Shown here: one piece after another, positions 20,761 to 31,800 of the stretch
How the letters are laid out: each line of letters starts with the position of its first letter
How positions within the stretch are numbered: position 1 is the first letter of the stretch
From: Candidatus Omnitrophota bacterium
Lineage (GTDB): Bacteria > Omnitrophota > Gorgyraeia > B26-G9
NCBI GenBank assembly: GCA_043814605.1
Contig: JBDRJV010000018.1
Coordinates: forward strand, 21,545 to 85,544
Direction: 5' to 3'
Length of the DNA stretch: 64,000 bases
The notes under the pieces: model-generated
The model's input: only the letters and a program-made list of their open reading frames with translations
What the model was told of the DNA's origin: nothing
Databases searched by the model: none
Made by a program: the position numbers and the translations under genes

Positions 20761-21777
20761 GTGGATATTTGGACAAAGGTAAAACATACACTTAAGCAAA
20801 AACATATTCCGATTGAAGTAATTTTGGAATTAACTAAGCGCTGTAATTTAAAATGCTGTCATTGTTATAATATTAAAGACAGCTGCCAGTTGAGTTTTAA
20901 ACAAGTAAAAATAATTTTTAAACAATTACGTGATGCCGGCACTTTATTTTTAGTTTTAACCGGAGGCGAGGTATTTTTGCATCCGGATATTATGGAGATT
21001 TTAAATTTAGCGAAAAATATGAATTTTAATTTGAAAATTTTCACAAATGGCACCCTGATTACAGAAGAGATTGCGAGAAATTTAGCAAAGATAATGCCGA
21101 GTGAAATTGGAATCAGTATTCAAGGGGCAAGGGCGAAAACACATGATTTAATTACTGGCGTTAAGGGCTCATATGAGAAATCAATTCAGGCAATAAAGAT
21201 ATTAAAAGCTAAGAGTATTAGTGTAAATCTTAAAACAACGCTCATGCAGCAGAATTTTTCTGAGTTTAAAGAAATCATTAAATTAGCCGCGGATTTAGGA
21301 ATAGTTTATATTATGGATCCGGTTATTGCGCCGCGGGATGATGGATCCTGTGATGTTTTAGCTTATCGATTGACGGATGCACAATTAGAAGAATTTTATC
21401 AGTTTGAAGTTGAACTAAAAGGGTATATCTATGAGCCTGAAGAAAAAGAATATTTTTGTCAGGCGGGATTTACTTTTGGCAGTATATCTGCAAACGGGGA
21501 TGTGTACCCGTGTATACAATTACCGCATAAACTGGGAAATATTTTTGAGCAGGATTTTAGCGGGATTTGGCAGAATGCAGAATTTTTAAAAAAGATGCGC
21601 CGCAGTAATGCTTATGATAATCCGGAATGTCAAAGTTGTAAGATTGCCGATGTTTGCACGCGGTGCCCGGGGCTGGCATTTTTAGAAGACGGCGATGCTT
21701 TTGGGAAATCCGCTGTGGCTTGCATGCACGCGCAAGTCTACAAAAAACTGGGTGATAGGGTGAAGGGTGAAGGGTGA
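20761..21777 (+). CDS. Radical SAM/SPASM-domain peptide maturase
   Basis: CNLKCCHC, TGGE, FTNG; SPASM Cys ladder CQAG...GDVYPC...CQSC....CTRCPG...C; start revised to GTG 20761. Confidence 0.92.
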   Translation: MDIWTKVKHTLKQKHIPIEVILELTKRCNLKCCHCYNIKDSCQLSFKQVKIIFKQLRDAGTLFLVLTGGEVFLHPDIMEILNLAKNMNFNLKIFTNGTLITEEIARNLAKIMPSEIGISIQGARAKTHDLITGVKGSYEKSIQAIKILKAKSISVNLKTTLMQQNFSEFKEIIKLAADLGIVYIMDPVIAPRDDGSCDVLAYRLTDAQLEEFYQFEVELKGYIYEPEEKEYFCQAGFTFGSISANGDVYPCIQLPHKLGNIFEQDFSGIWQNAEFLKKMRRSNAYDNPECQSCKIADVCTRCPGLAFLEDGDAFGKSAVACMHAQVYKKLGDRVKGEG

Positions 21778-21836
21778 ATTTATTTTACTCTCTACTTTCT
21801 GCTCGCTACTGATTCAAAATAAGGTATAATATAATT

Positions 21837-23789
21837 ATGCAAAATAAACTAATTCATAAACTAACCATCCAAATCATAATTATTGTTGTGATTATTGCCG
21901 GGGTTTTTTCTTTTTTAATTAATATGCAAACCAAGGAATTAGAAAAAAGAATTTCAGAAAAATCTGAACTTTTTTCAAAAATTTTAGGCGCACATTTAGA
22001 CAATATTATTGGCAATAATCTTATTGCTTATAATTCATTACAAGAGAAAGTCGAAAGGTTAATAGAGGGCAATAAAGATATTGAAGAGCTGATTATCATT
22101 GGCCCGGAAAAAATAGTTATTGCATCAAGTTCTGGCAGGAAAATCGGGGCATCTCCGGATATGCAATATATGGGGATTATTAACGAAGTAGTTCAGACAA
22201 AAAAATCCAAGGCAATTGTTAAATCTGATTTAGGCAAAGAATTAGTAATCCATTTTTTGCCAATTTTTTCTTCTGCGGGTAATGCGGATAATCTTATCGG
22301 AATAATGCAAATGAAAGCAAATTTTCCTTCCCAGCAGGGTGAATTGGTAACAGCACTGCGAAAAAACAGGAATTATTTTTTTAAAGAAGAAGCACTCCGC
22401 TTTGCTCAGGATCTATCCCGGGATTTAGAATTAGTTATGGCTGAGGTTAACAGAAATTCCGGATATTTAGACCGCTTAATTCAAAATATACTGGAAGATG
22501 CGGAAATTAAGGATATTAAATTATATTTGAAAGATCTGCAATTTCTAATCTCCGGAACCGGGCGTGATTCATACATTTCGCAGGATGATATCCAAAGAAA
22601 TTATTTTCGTGCGATGCAAGAGAAAATAACGTTCAAAGCTCAATATAAAAAACAAGGCCATTTAACTCAGTTTATCAGCCCGTTATTTCTCACAGTAGAC
22701 GGAAAACGTAAGGTAAGCGGTGCGGTAGGAATATTAATCTCTTTAGAACGTGTATATGATGTAATTAACACAAGGAGAAATTCTATTGTTTTGATGAGTT
22801 TTTTGATAATTTGCGCCTTTGTTTTAATTATTGGATTATTTTTTAGAAATTCAATTATTGCACCTTTAAAAAATCTAAGCAATATGAGCGCAAAAATCGG
22901 TAAAGGGGATTTCTCACAAAAAATAAGTATTAAGGGGACTGATGAAATCAGTGATTTAGGAAAATCATTTAATCAGATGTCAGACGAATTATTGCGTTCT
23001 AAAAAAGAAATTGAAGAGTGGAACAAAAAACTGCAGGAAAAAGTAAAAATAATCTCGAATGAATTAGAAGCCAAGCAGGCCCAGCTTATTGAATCAGAAA
23101 AAATGGCTTCTTTAGGTGTTCTTTCCAGCGGAATTGCCCATGAAATTAATAACCCCCTGGGAATTATCATTGGTTCAGTGCAGATGATTCTTAAGGAATT
23201 AAAGGAAAAACAAACCCTGGCTAATCCCCAACAGACAGAGGAATTGCTTAAAACTGTGGAAAATTATACGCGGCGCTGTTCGCATATTGTGAATAGTTTA
23301 TTGCAATTTGCTAATAAAAAACAAATGCAATTAATTGAGTCTGATGTGAATAAATCTGTAGAAAATGCTTTATTGTTCACGGAAAATCATATCAAGAAAA
23401 ATAATATTAATTTGATTCAATCCTTAGAAAAAGACCTTCCCCAGGTTTTAGCGGATCCCATAAATTTAGAGCAGGTATTTATCAATATTATTCTTAATGC
23501 GCAGATGAGTATGCCGGAGGGAGGGCAGCTGAAAGTTTCCACTGCGCTTGCGGGCAATAGGGTGATGGTAAGTTTTGAAGATACGGGTATGGGGATTGCC
23601 GCAGGGAATATGCATAAAATTTTCGAGCCGTTTTTTTCAACCCGTGAACCGGGTAAAGGTGCGGGGCTTGGATTATCGATAAGTTATGGTATTATTAAAG
23701 CACACAATGGGGATATAAAGGTAGAAAGTGCAGTGGGTAAAGGGACAAAGGTTACGGTGGAAATACCGATTAAAGAAAGAAAAGAGTAG
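21837..23789 (+). CDS. HAMP-domain sensor histidine kinase (NtrB-like) with tandem periplasmic sensor domains
   Basis: Two TMs, HAMP DEISDLGKSFNQM, H-box AHEINNPL, N/G1/F/G2 boxes. Confidence 0.93.
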   Translation: MQNKLIHKLTIQIIIIVVIIAGVFSFLINMQTKELEKRISEKSELFSKILGAHLDNIIGNNLIAYNSLQEKVERLIEGNKDIEELIIIGPEKIVIASSSGRKIGASPDMQYMGIINEVVQTKKSKAIVKSDLGKELVIHFLPIFSSAGNADNLIGIMQMKANFPSQQGELVTALRKNRNYFFKEEALRFAQDLSRDLELVMAEVNRNSGYLDRLIQNILEDAEIKDIKLYLKDLQFLISGTGRDSYISQDDIQRNYFRAMQEKITFKAQYKKQGHLTQFISPLFLTVDGKRKVSGAVGILISLERVYDVINTRRNSIVLMSFLIICAFVLIIGLFFRNSIIAPLKNLSNMSAKIGKGDFSQKISIKGTDEISDLGKSFNQMSDELLRSKKEIEEWNKKLQEKVKIISNELEAKQAQLIESEKMASLGVLSSGIAHEINNPLGIIIGSVQMILKELKEKQTLANPQQTEELLKTVENYTRRCSHIVNSLLQFANKKQMQLIESDVNKSVENALLFTENHIKKNNINLIQSLEKDLPQVLADPINLEQVFINIILNAQMSMPEGGQLKVSTALAGNRVMVSFEDTGMGIAAGNMHKIFEPFFSTREPGKGAGLGLSISYGIIKAHNGDIKVESAVGKGTKVTVEIPIKERKE

Positions 23790-23860
23790 AGAGTAACGAG
23801 TAGAGAGAGAAAAAACAAAAACAATTATTCTCTCTACTATCTACTTGCTACTCGCTACTT
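23784..23860. repeat. Inverted heptamer repeat (AGTAGAG / CTCTACT)
   Basis: AGAGTAGAGAGTAACGAGTAGAGAGA...TCTCTCTACTATCTACTTGCTACTCGCTACT. Confidence 0.75.
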
Positions 23861-23878
23861 ATGAAATGGAAAATTTCT

Positions 23879-25273
23879 ATGAAGCAAGATCGAATACTAG
23901 TTGTTGACGATGAGCCGGGCATGCGGCAATATTTAAAAAAATTACTTACGGATAACGGGTATCAAGTTGAGATTGCGGAAAATGGGATTCAAGCGCTGGA
24001 AATGATTAATGAAAAAGTTCTGGATCTGGCACTGATTGATTTTAAAATGCCGGGGATGGATGGAATACAGCTTTTAGCTAAAATTAAGGCAGAGCATGAA
24101 CATGTGATTGTAATCATGATGACGGCTTACGGAACAATGGAAAGGGCAATTCAAGCGATGAAGTTAGGGGCTTATGATTATTTAAGTAAACCGTTTGAAG
24201 TTGATGCGATTTTATTGATAATTGAAAAAGCGCTTAAAACCAAAAGGCTGGAAGATGAGAATATTATTTTACGCAAAGAGCTTAAAAAAACCTATACTTT
24301 TGCGGATATTATTTCGGAAAATTCCCAGATGCAGCATATTTTTGAGATTATCCAGAAAGTAGCCCCGGCTAAAAGCACTGTCTTAATTCAAGGAGAAACC
24401 GGTACAGGTAAAGAGCTGATTGCCCGGGCATTGCATGCGTTAAGCCCGCGGAATCAAAAACCGTTCATTCCTGTGGATTGCGGGGCATTAAGTGAGAGTT
24501 TACTGGAGAGTGAATTATTTGGCCACATAAAAGGTGCGTTTACCGGAGCAACACAGGATAAAAAGGGGCTGTTTGAAACTGCAGACGGCGGCACAGTATT
24601 TTTGGATGAGATTGGGCATATTTCATTAGCTATTCAAGCTAAGTTATTACGTGTTTTGCAGGATGGCCAGATCAAACGCGTGGGTGAAGCAGCTTCACGC
24701 AGTGTGGATATCCGTCTTGTAGCAGCGAGCAATGAAGATATTGAAATGGGGATTAAAGAAGGCAAATTCCGCGAAGATTTATTTTATCGTTTAAATGTTG
24801 TACCGATTTTTGTGCCGGCTTTGCGTGAGCGTAATGAAGATATCCCGCTTTTAGTTGAGCATTTCATTCATAAGTACAATAATATTGAAAAGAGAAATAT
24901 TCAAGGCATTAGCCATGATGCTTTGAAAATGCTGATGTCTTTTTCCTGGCCGGGGAATGTAAGAGAGTTAGAAAACTTAGTACATAGAGCTGTGGTTATG
25001 GCAGATAAAGATAATATTGAAGTAATGGATTTACCTTTAAACGTAAAAACTTTGTCTGTTGCGGAAAGAAGGATAGATGCAAATCGTACGCTTGATTTTC
25101 GCAAAGCAAAAAATAATGCTTTAGCTGCATTTGAAAAAAGATTTTTAATTGAAAGTTTAATGCGCCATAAAGGCAATATCAGCCGCGCGGCAAAAGAAAT
25201 GAACTTAGACCGCAGAAACCTGCACCGCAAATTAAAGCAGTATAATATCACACCTAGCAATTATTTATCTTAA
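23879..25273 (+). CDS. Sigma54-dependent response regulator (NtrC/AtoC family)
   Basis: REC domain [30 protein letters not shown], Fis-type HTH. Confidence 0.95.
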   Translation: MKQDRILVVDDEPGMRQYLKKLLTDNGYQVEIAENGIQALEMINEKVLDLALIDFKMPGMDGIQLLAKIKAEHEHVIVIMMTAYGTMERAIQAMKLGAYDYLSKPFEVDAILLIIEKALKTKRLEDENIILRKELKKTYTFADIISENSQMQHIFEIIQKVAPAKSTVLIQGETGTGKELIARALHALSPRNQKPFIPVDCGALSESLLESELFGHIKGAFTGATQDKKGLFETADGGTVFLDEIGHISLAIQAKLLRVLQDGQIKRVGEAASRSVDIRLVAASNEDIEMGIKEGKFREDLFYRLNVVPIFVPALRERNEDIPLLVEHFIHKYNNIEKRNIQGISHDALKMLMSFSWPGNVRELENLVHRAVVMADKDNIEVMDLPLNVKTLSVAERRIDANRTLDFRKAKNNALAAFEKRFLIESLMRHKGNISRAAKEMNLDRRNLHRKLKQYNITPSNYLS

Positions 25274-25324
25274 AAGTAGCGAGTAGCAAGAAGAGAGTAG
25301 AGAGAATGTGTTATCATGCAATAG

Positions 25325-25568
25325 TTGACACTTTTTTCATTTAATTTAAATTTTGTTTTTTACAGAAACTGTTTCGTATTTATTCATCCCGGAATTCTCG
25401 TTGGGTCCCAGCGAGACCCAACTTCGTTCGGCGATCCGTGTTCGCTCTTGAAGCTTTATTTATATTTTTTAGCCTCAAACCATGCCCGCTCATACTGCTC
25501 AACGTCCGGGTTTGAATAAATACTCACCGATAATATCAACTATTAGCAATAAAATTTAAAACTGTTAA
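25325..25568. repeat. ~245-bp structured repeat element, copy 2, nested in inverted heptamer arrays (25275-25305 and 25596-25645)
   Basis: Same core as 16132-16253 plus an inserted hairpin GTTGGGTC-CCAGCGA-GACCCAAC; outer stem GTATTTATTCA/TGAATAAATAC. Confidence 0.8.
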
Positions 25569-25680
25569 TCTTTTTCAAGATAACATATATTGTTTTCTCG
25601 CTACTTGCTTGTGCTTTTAAGGATGCTACTCTCTACTCGCTACTAATTGATTTTTAACCAATTTGTGGTATACTTATTTA

Positions 25681-25717
25681 TGTGTAAATATTGTCTCAAT
25701 GAGGCGTATTTTACACA
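25681..25717. promoter_or_regulatory. Putative enhancer (UAS) for the sigma54 activator
   Basis: Inverted 18-bp half sites TGTGTAAATATTGTCTCA-A-TGAGGCGTATTTTACACA about 110-150 bp upstream of the -24 box. Confidence 0.65.
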
Positions 25718-25827
25718 ATATTTTGGTTAATTTTAAAATTTTCTGAAACAGTCTTTTTATTTTACTCTGTAACATGTTTATTTTTAAATGATTAAGTTTT
25801 TGATAAATAAAATATTTTATTTTGTGT

Positions 25828-25843
25828 TGGCACGTTGATTGCT
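25828..25843 (+). promoter_or_regulatory. Sigma54 (-24/-12) promoter of the giant protein gene
   Basis: TGGCACG-TTGA-TTGCT, an exact match to TGGCACG-N4-TTGCW, 18 nt upstream of ATG 25862; IHF-like AATAAACATGTTA on the minus strand near 25770-25782. Confidence 0.9.
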
Positions 25844-25861
25844 TAATATTAAGAGGTTATT

Positions 25862-28800
25862 ATGAGAAAAACAAATAAAATTCTAAAAATCATTGGTTTT
25901 ATTTTTCTGGTTATGGCAGTTATTCCAACCAGCGCGCAGGCGCGTTTAATTGTGCAAAAAGGCACGTCCACTATTGCTGCCGGGCAGACAACATATGTTC
26001 AGTCGATTAATGCTGTCAGCAGCCTTTCTAATGCTTTTGTGTTAATGTGGTCTACAGGAGACAGCGGGGCAAGTAATTCACAATATCATCAGGCCACTGG
26101 GGTGCTTACTTCTACCAGCCAGATTACATTTACGCGTCAGGGAACAACTGATGATTGCCGGATCGGCTGGTATGTAATTGAGGCAGAATACGGTGAGTTT
26201 GAAGTTGTAAAGAGAAATACCATAACTATCGGCACAACCGCAACTACCCAGGATGATGCGATTGGCGCGACTATTGACCAGTCACGTTCGTTTATTGTTT
26301 CTAATTCACGGATTGGAGGAAATGGCGGAACTGCTAATGCCTACAAGGGATATGCTACGACGCATTTTTTAAATGATACTACAATCCAGGCAGCCCGCGG
26401 GGTTTCGGGTACTTACACCACAATTGTAAGTTATGCTGTAGTGCAATGGTCTGCTGCTTCCGGGGTTACAGTGCAGTCAAAAGAACTAAGCGCTTCCATA
26501 GGTACTACTGAAGTAACTGATACAATTAACACAGCGGTAACTCCGGTGCAAACCTGGCTGTACGCAACGGCGCGGCATAATTCAAACGGGCTTTCACAGA
26601 CTGCGGTAAATACTTATTTAAAAGACGGAACAACTGTAGGTTTTAGCCGTTATACCGGTACTTATACCTCAGCCATACGCTGGTGGGCAATCCAATTTCC
26701 TGAAGGGGTTCCGGTACAGCGCCAGTCGCTTAGCGCTGCCAGCGGCGACCTTACAGAACCGGCAACATTAGCTTCCAATGTGACTATCGGCTATTCCTGG
26801 TCGGATAATTATAATGATTCCAATGGTACAGGTACAGCTTATCCCCGGCAGTCCTGGTATTCGCAGATTACTGCGGTTAATCAGGTAATAGCTACGCGTT
26901 ATTACAGCGGGCAGGCAGCAAACTTATCCATGCAGGCGATTGATACCAGTGCCTGGATCCCTCCATTAGTGACAATAACAATTACGCCGGATCCTTGTAA
27001 AGCAGTGGGTATTGGCGGGCTTGAAACCAAGCTTGTATTTAATCTGACTATGAATACATCTGTTGAACCGATTATAACCTATGACCCGCAAGGCGCAACC
27101 GGGCCTCAGGCTTGTACCGCAGGCACATGGTCAACGACAACATATGCTAATGATACATACACTGTTTACAATGATTACGAAATTAATGCTTCTACGGGTG
27201 ACGGTACTGCCGTAATCAGTGTTAGCGGAGCAAAAAGTGATTTAGGTATAACTATGTACCCGGATACTGATGATTCCTTTATTATAGATGCTACTGTCCC
27301 GAATAATCCGTCATATCCCTGCGGCAGTTGGGATTCCAGCAGTAAGACAGCCGCGATTCCGAATGATACCTGGCAGGAGATAGATAGCACGCCTTATTTT
27401 GAATGGACCGGAGCCAGTGACGGAGCTGGAACCGGAGTTAGCGGTTATTCTGTTTATTGGGGAAATTCCAGTATCGGCGAACCGGCAACTACTCAAGAAC
27501 AGTCTGCGGAAAATTATGATGTAGCTACTCCGGTAGATGACGGAATATATTATTTAAGGGTAAGGACATTTGATAATGCGGGAAATTACAGCGAGCCGGT
27601 TACAATATTTATTTTTCAGTACGATGCTTCTGCCCCAATTAATCCTGATGTTCCGGCAAATTCCTGGGAGTCAAATTTAAAACTAACTCCCATAACTAAT
27701 GATACCTGGCAAAAGGATGATAATACACCGTATTTTGAATGGACTGGCGCTAATGATTCCGGCGGTTCTGGGGTAAGCGGTTATTCTGTTTATTGGGGAA
27801 CAGACACTAACGGCGAGCCCGGGCAGACACAGCAGCAGTCAAATATGAATTATCAGGTAAGTACCCCGGCAGATACAAATACTTATTATTTGAGAGTAAG
27901 AACTTTTGATAATTTTAATCATTATAGTAATCCTGTAACTTTATTTATATTTAAATATGATGATACACAACCCACAAATCCCGTACAGCCTTGCAGCGGT
28001 TGGGATTCTCCTTCTAAAGGAAACATGCTTTCCAATAATAAGGCGCAGGGGTTTGGCCAGACGCCGTATTTTGAATGGACTGGTGCCTCCGATGCTAGCG
28101 GCAGCGGCGTGAGCGGTTATTCTATTTACTGGGGTATGGATTCAGAAGGCGAACCAGGCTTAACCCAAGAGCAGGCTAATGCGGATTATGAAATCAGCAC
28201 CCCAACAGGTGAAGATACGTATTATTTAATTGTCAGGACATTTGATGCTTTGGGTAATTACAGCGAGCCGGTTACTTTGTTTACTTTTATTTACGATGAA
28301 ACTAAACCCACCGTAACAATAACTGTTAGCCCGGATCCGGCCGGACACAGCGCAGCCGGGGAGTTGGAATTTAAACTTGTTTTTTCTGAATCCATGGATA
28401 TTGCGGTAACCCCGAGTGTAAGCTATGACCCGCAAGGCGCAACCGGCAACCAGACTGTAGATACAAATGGTGCCTGGTCAACCACAACTTATACTAATGA
28501 TACTTACACAGTTTATAACAGCAATGTGATTAACAGTACTACTGGTGACGGAGCCGCAGCAATAAGTGTGAGCACAGCTCAGGATGTTGCGCTAAATACA
28601 ATGTTAGCGGATACCAATGATAGTTTTACGATTGATACGCTAGTGCATCATTTTGTGATTGCTCATGACGGGATGGCAGTAATAAATATTCCGGAAACTT
28701 TAACCATTACGGCTAAAAACAGTACGAATTGTACAGTGTTAGATTATACCGGCCAGGTAACATTAAGCACTTTAAACGAAACCGGAGAAATAACCTGGGC

Positions 28801-31800
28801 TTTAGTCAGCGGAGCCGGAGTGTTTAATGATAACGGCGCAGGCCAGGATACCGCAACCTACACATTTGCTGCTGGCGATAACGGAGTAGTTACAATTCAA
28901 ATAACAGATACGAACGCGGATAATTTGGATGTGGAAGTAACAGACACGATAAATACTGATGATGATACTGAAGGAAACTTAGTTGTCTCTACTATACCTT
29001 TAGGCTGGTTTGTGATCTCGCATGATACGGCGGCAATTGCCGGGACTCCGGAAACAATCACGGTTACAGCCAAAGATATCAACGGCCAGACAAAAACCGA
29101 TTATGCGGGAACAATTAATTTAGATACCAATGGTACAGCAACCACAATTACCTGGGGACTGAGCTCTGGCTTAGGAATATTTGCTGATGGCGGTGCGAGT
29201 CTGGATACTGCTGCTTATACTTTTCATGATAATGATAACGGTGTAGCAGTATTTACAATAAAAGATACTAAGGTGGAAACAATTAATATCTCGGTAGAGG
29301 ATAACGGAAAGACTGATAATGATACAGAGGGAAATTTAATAGTTAGCCCGGGTGCGGTCAATAGTTTTATTATTGCTCATGACACACAGGCTACAGCAGG
29401 GATTGCGGATAATGTCAGCATTACGGCTTATGATACGTATAGCAATATTAAAACAAATTATACCGGTACAATAACTGTGGATACAAACGGCACAACCACC
29501 ACAATTACCTGGGCAAATGTTAGCGGCCTGGGTATGTTTAATGACGGCGGGGCTGGCGTGGATACAGCTACTTATACTTATGCTGCCGGAGATAATGGAA
29601 CAGTTACCTTAAGCATTACGGATACCAAAACCGAAAGCATTGATATTGATGCCAGTGCCAGCGGCAAGACTGATAATGACAGTGAAGGTAATATGCTCAT
29701 CGTGCCGGCAGCTATTGATTATTTTGTGATCAGCCATGACGGTGCAGCTTCTGCCGGTGTGTCAGATCAGATGAGTGTGACAGCCAAAGATGCTTACGCA
29801 AATATCAAAACCAATTATACGGGCACAATTACTTTGGATACTAACGGAACAGCCACAACTATTGATTGGGCATTGGTCAGCGGCAGCGGCGTATTCAATG
29901 ATAACGGCGCAAGTGTGGATACCTCAACTTATACTTTTGATGCTGCAGATAACGGTACAGCAATTTTTTCTATTCTAGATACTACGCAGGAGTCTATAAA
30001 TATTTCTGTCATCGGCGATACTAAAACCGATGATAACACAGAAGGCGATCTTAATGTTGGGCCGGCAGTGATCTGGCTATTTGACATTACGCATGACGGG
30101 AATGCTAATGCCGGGGTTTATGATGATGTGACGATTACAGCCAAAGACAGCTTGGGCAATATTATGACAAATTATACCGGCACAATAACTGTGGATACAA
30201 ATGGAACAGCTTCGGCGGTTTCCTGGGCTAAAGTTACCGGCCTGGGAACATTTAATGACGGCGGGGCCAGTGTTGATACTGCTACCTATACATATGCATC
30301 CGGTGATAATGGTGTAGTAGTGTTAAAGATCAAAGATAATGTGCAGGAATCAATAAACATCAGTGTTAGCGGTGATGGCCGGGTAGATAATGATACTGAA
30401 GGTAATTTAATTGTGGGACTTCCTTTATTAAGCCATTTTGTGATTGCTCATGACGGGGCTGCTGCAGCCGGTACTGCAGAAAATATTATTATTACCGCAA
30501 AGGACACAGTCGGCAATACGAAAACCGATTATACCGGTACAATTACTGTGGATACGAACGGAACTGAAACAGCAATTACCTGGGCTAAGATTACCGGAGC
30601 CGGCGTATTTGTAGATGGCGGAGTAGATGCAGATACAGCTACTTATGCCTATGCTGCCGGCGATAACGGAGTCGTGACCCTGAGTATTAATGATACAAAG
30701 GTAGAAACAGTAAACATCTCCATAACCGGAGATGGGAAAACTGATGATAATACTGAAGGGGATTTAGCGGTCAGCCCCGGAGCTTTGGATCATTTTAAAA
30801 TTGTGCATGACAGCTCAGGTATTGTGAATATCGCGGAAATGGTAACTGTATCAGCTCGTGATAGTAATGATAATATTAAAACAAATTATACCGGAACCAT
30901 AACTTTAGATACAAACGGCACAGCTACGGCCATTACTTGGGGCTTACAATCTGGCAGCGGTGTATTTACGGACGGCGGGGCCAGTGTGGATACGGCAACT
31001 TATACTTTTAATGCTGAGGATAATGGAGCGGCTGTATTCCGGGTAACTGATTCTATTGCTCAGACAATTAATATTGCGGTATTCGGAGATACGAAACCTG
31101 ATGATAATACTGAAGGTAATTTAGTGATTGGTGCGGCCGGCACGCAGACTACAGGCTGGTTATCTCCCACTGCTAATACCGGTGGTTTTACTAATCCGAC
31201 TGAGGCCTATGCTGATGGCGGTAGTTATGCGTATTCTCGCAGCGGCTATGAGCATCAATATAGTAATTATGGATTTTCCTTTCCTTATAATGCGATAATT
31301 ACCGGAATTCAGATAAGATTAGATGCCTGGGGGCAAAGAAACGGATATTCTTATTCCGGGGAATTATCTTGGGATGCAGGTACAAATTTTACCTCCAGCG
31401 GCTGGAGTACTCCGGCCATGACAACAAGCCAAGTTACTTATCTGAGCGCAAATGATCTTTGGGGCCGGACAACCTGGTCTAAGACCGAGCTGGCTAATGC
31501 TAATTTTAGGGTGAAATTAATTGCAACTGGTTCTACTCTCAGAAACAATTATTTGGACTGGGTGCCAATAAATGTTTCTTATGAGATCGGCGCCAATGCT
31601 GCGGCAAATAATGTTACGACAGCTGATGTGGGAGTAGGCAGCAGCGGAAACCTGATCCTGAATACAACTGTTACTAATAGCGCTAGTGTGCAGGATACTG
31701 TGACCTCGATTACTGTTAACAATACAGGTACAGCAACAGACGCGGAAATCACATCTGTAAAACTTTATTATGATAGTAATAATTCCAATGATTATACTCC

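Noticed and set aside
20341-21777. PQQ cofactor biosynthesis (pqqD/pqqE)
   Set aside because: No pqqB or pqqC, and the candidate precursor lacks the ExxxY PqqA core; the PQQ-repeat proteins are structural propellers
25325-25519. 64-aa ORF as a possible precursor
   Set aside because: It lies wholly in the repeated hairpin element, has a TTG start, and copy 1 lacks the inserted segment; no leader motif
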